This document shows, one piece after another, positions 61,772 through 64,000 of a stretch of 64,000 bases of DNA (the first letter of the stretch is position 1; each line of letters begins with the position of its first letter). The stretch lies in the NCBI RefSeq assembly GCF_009914755.1, contig NC_060925.1; one strand, given 5' to 3'. A program made the position numbers and the translations under genes. This stretch comes from the human T2T-CHM13v2.0 reference genome, Homo sapiens. Below the pieces are notes generated by a model. That model was not told the origin of the DNA, ran no database searches, and was given only the letters and a program-made list of their open reading frames with translations.

Positions 61772-63112
61772 GAATTTTTCCTTTGGCCACAGCATGCAAG
61801 ATGACCTTTGGTGGGGGCAGGTAGGTAGAGCAGGGAGGGGCCTGCTACACGGTTCAGGTGAGAGACAATGCTGCCAGAGTAAGGGTCGTGGAGAGACGTG
61901 GATGGGCTGAGACGTTAAGAAGGGCACTGGCAGGACTTTGCAGTTGATTGGATGTGGGAGTAAGAGGAACAGAGGAGTTGAGGCAGAGGCTCAGATTTGA
62001 GCCTCAGTGGATAGAAGTGTTGTTGCTGAGAAGCAGGTTTGGGAAGGATCAAGAGTTATTCCCCAGTGGGAATGTGAGCCCGTAAGTGGGCTGTGCCAGG
62101 GGAAGTGTTTGAAGAGGTACAGGCCCTCCTCAGGAAGTGTGGCCAGACCTTGAAGGCAGAGTGGACCCTCCTCTCTGACCTCCCTGGGAGGAATGTCCCT
62201 GCAGAGTCTGGGTTTCCCAGGACATGGCTTGGGAGGTGCCTCTGACCTGCCTAGAGTCTCTTTGGAAGAGGGTCAGGCTCCCACCCCAGGTAGCCTGTCC
62301 TCAAGATACTCTGGAAAAGGAAGCCCTTGGGCTGGCAGAAGGAATTCCACTCCCATAGCCCGATGTCTGCCAGTGGGCTTCTAATTCTTACAACTGGGAA
62401 AACACTAAATAGCAAATCTGAGGTTGGTCCATTCCTTCCCACTCCCCTTTGCTGGGCTGACCTCAGGCTAGTTACAGATCCTCTCTGGGCCTCAGATTCC
62501 TCCACTGGGCCATAAGGAAGACCAAGGAGCAGTGCAGGTAGCAACATCCTTCCCCACTCCCAGAGGATGAGGAATTGTATGCCCTCAGGAAAAGCCAGGG
62601 AGGGGGAGCATGCCATCTTCAGGAACCTGAGGCTGGGCGGAAAATGGCTACACTGAGGCCAGAGCAAGGATGCCTCTGGAACACCCATAGGCAAAAGGAG
62701 GCAGGCCTCACCCCTCTCCCAAATCCAAAGGACTCTCAAGGCTCAGGGTATAGTCAAGGAAGCTGGAGAAGTCAGGCAGAGATGTCTGATGGGGGGAGGC
62801 ACAGCCTCTCCAGCTGTCTTCCGTAGGATGTGCCTGAGAGTCAGCATGAGGGGCTGGGTCTGTGTGTGGGAGCATGTCAATGTCTGAGGCTGCAAATCTG
62901 TCAGAGTGCACACGTCTCTCTGTGTGTGTCACAGTGTCTGTGTGGCTCTCACCTTATACCCCTTTTCTCCTCCCTGCTCTGTGCTGCCTTCTCCACAATT
63001 CTCTGTCTCCTAGGGTCCTTCCTGTTCCCTGCTTTTATTGGGTCTCAGACCCAGACTATGCCTCCTCCTTTATTTCTCCTCATTCCCTCTAGATCATCAG
63101 AAGGTCAAAGCT

Positions 63113-63385
<273 letters not shown>

Positions 63386-64000
63386 TCAGTGAAAATGGAA
63401 ATTGAGAGATAGGAGAAAACTGGCTCAGGGTTACACAGCAGGTCAGTGGGAGGGCCCAGATGAGCACTCAGGCTGAATCCGTGCTACCTGCCTGGGCCAC
63501 CGTCTCCAAATCATGGCTACTCTTGTTCAGCACAGACCTTCTCCACCCACATCTGCCCTCTGGGAAAATCAGAGCTCTGATCTCCCTTTTGGCCGCAGTG
63601 GAACCATCTGGGGCCACAATCTCTGACACCCAGGAGATAGCCACCCTAGGGGTGTCCACCAGCACCTCTGAGACAGCAAGTCTACAGCCAGACTCGCTCC
63701 CAACCAGAGATGGTCAGACTGTCTCTGTTGCCCCTTCCTTCTCTCCCTCATCCCCGGGGTGTGGGGAACACAATCTTAGTTACCTTCATTTTTTCCCTTC
63801 CCTTTGCCCTAGGTCTAACTTGCCATCAAGTCCTGTTGTCTCTTATTTTGAAATGCTCTTGGTACCTTCATTATGTCCATAGCCAGGGACACAGCCGAGG
63901 GGGCTGAAATCAAGCTATGCTCATGCCCATGGGGCTTCCCTGCCTGGCAGGAAGTGCCTTTCTTTTGATTCCTCTGTTAGGAGGGAATGGCTTTTTCCCC

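Overview
Human (primate, Alu-rich) genomic DNA carrying three minus-strand genes in tandem, recognisable as the chr1p34.2 block HEYL - NT5C1A - HPCAL4. I reconstructed every coding exon from GT/AG boundaries: HEYL has 5 exons (987 nt, 328 aa), NT5C1A has 6 (1107 nt, 368 aa) and HPCAL4 has 3 (576 nt, 191 aa; its non-coding first exon is not evident in the window). All three frames are intact. The standout feature is a ~1 kb homopyrimidine tract in NT5C1A intron 3. It contains 159 uninterrupted TCTCC units (AGAGG on the transcribed strand) plus a G4-prone AAGGGG/AGGGG segment. It sits where the poly-A tail of a sense Alu should be, which resembles the RFC1/CANVAS architecture, and two AUG-initiated poly-GEERR ORFs run through it. 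Other candidates are a Notch paired (SPS-like) RBPJ site in an intronic HEYL CpG island, two RFX X-boxes in NT5C1A intron 4, two co-oriented CTCF motifs and an inverted Alu pair in a probable ~7.9 kb NT5C1A 3'UTR, a GC-rich VNTR filling HPCAL4 intron 2, and a template-switch hairpin in the HPCAL4 3'UTR. Repeat subfamily names are by eye and need RepeatMasker confirmation.
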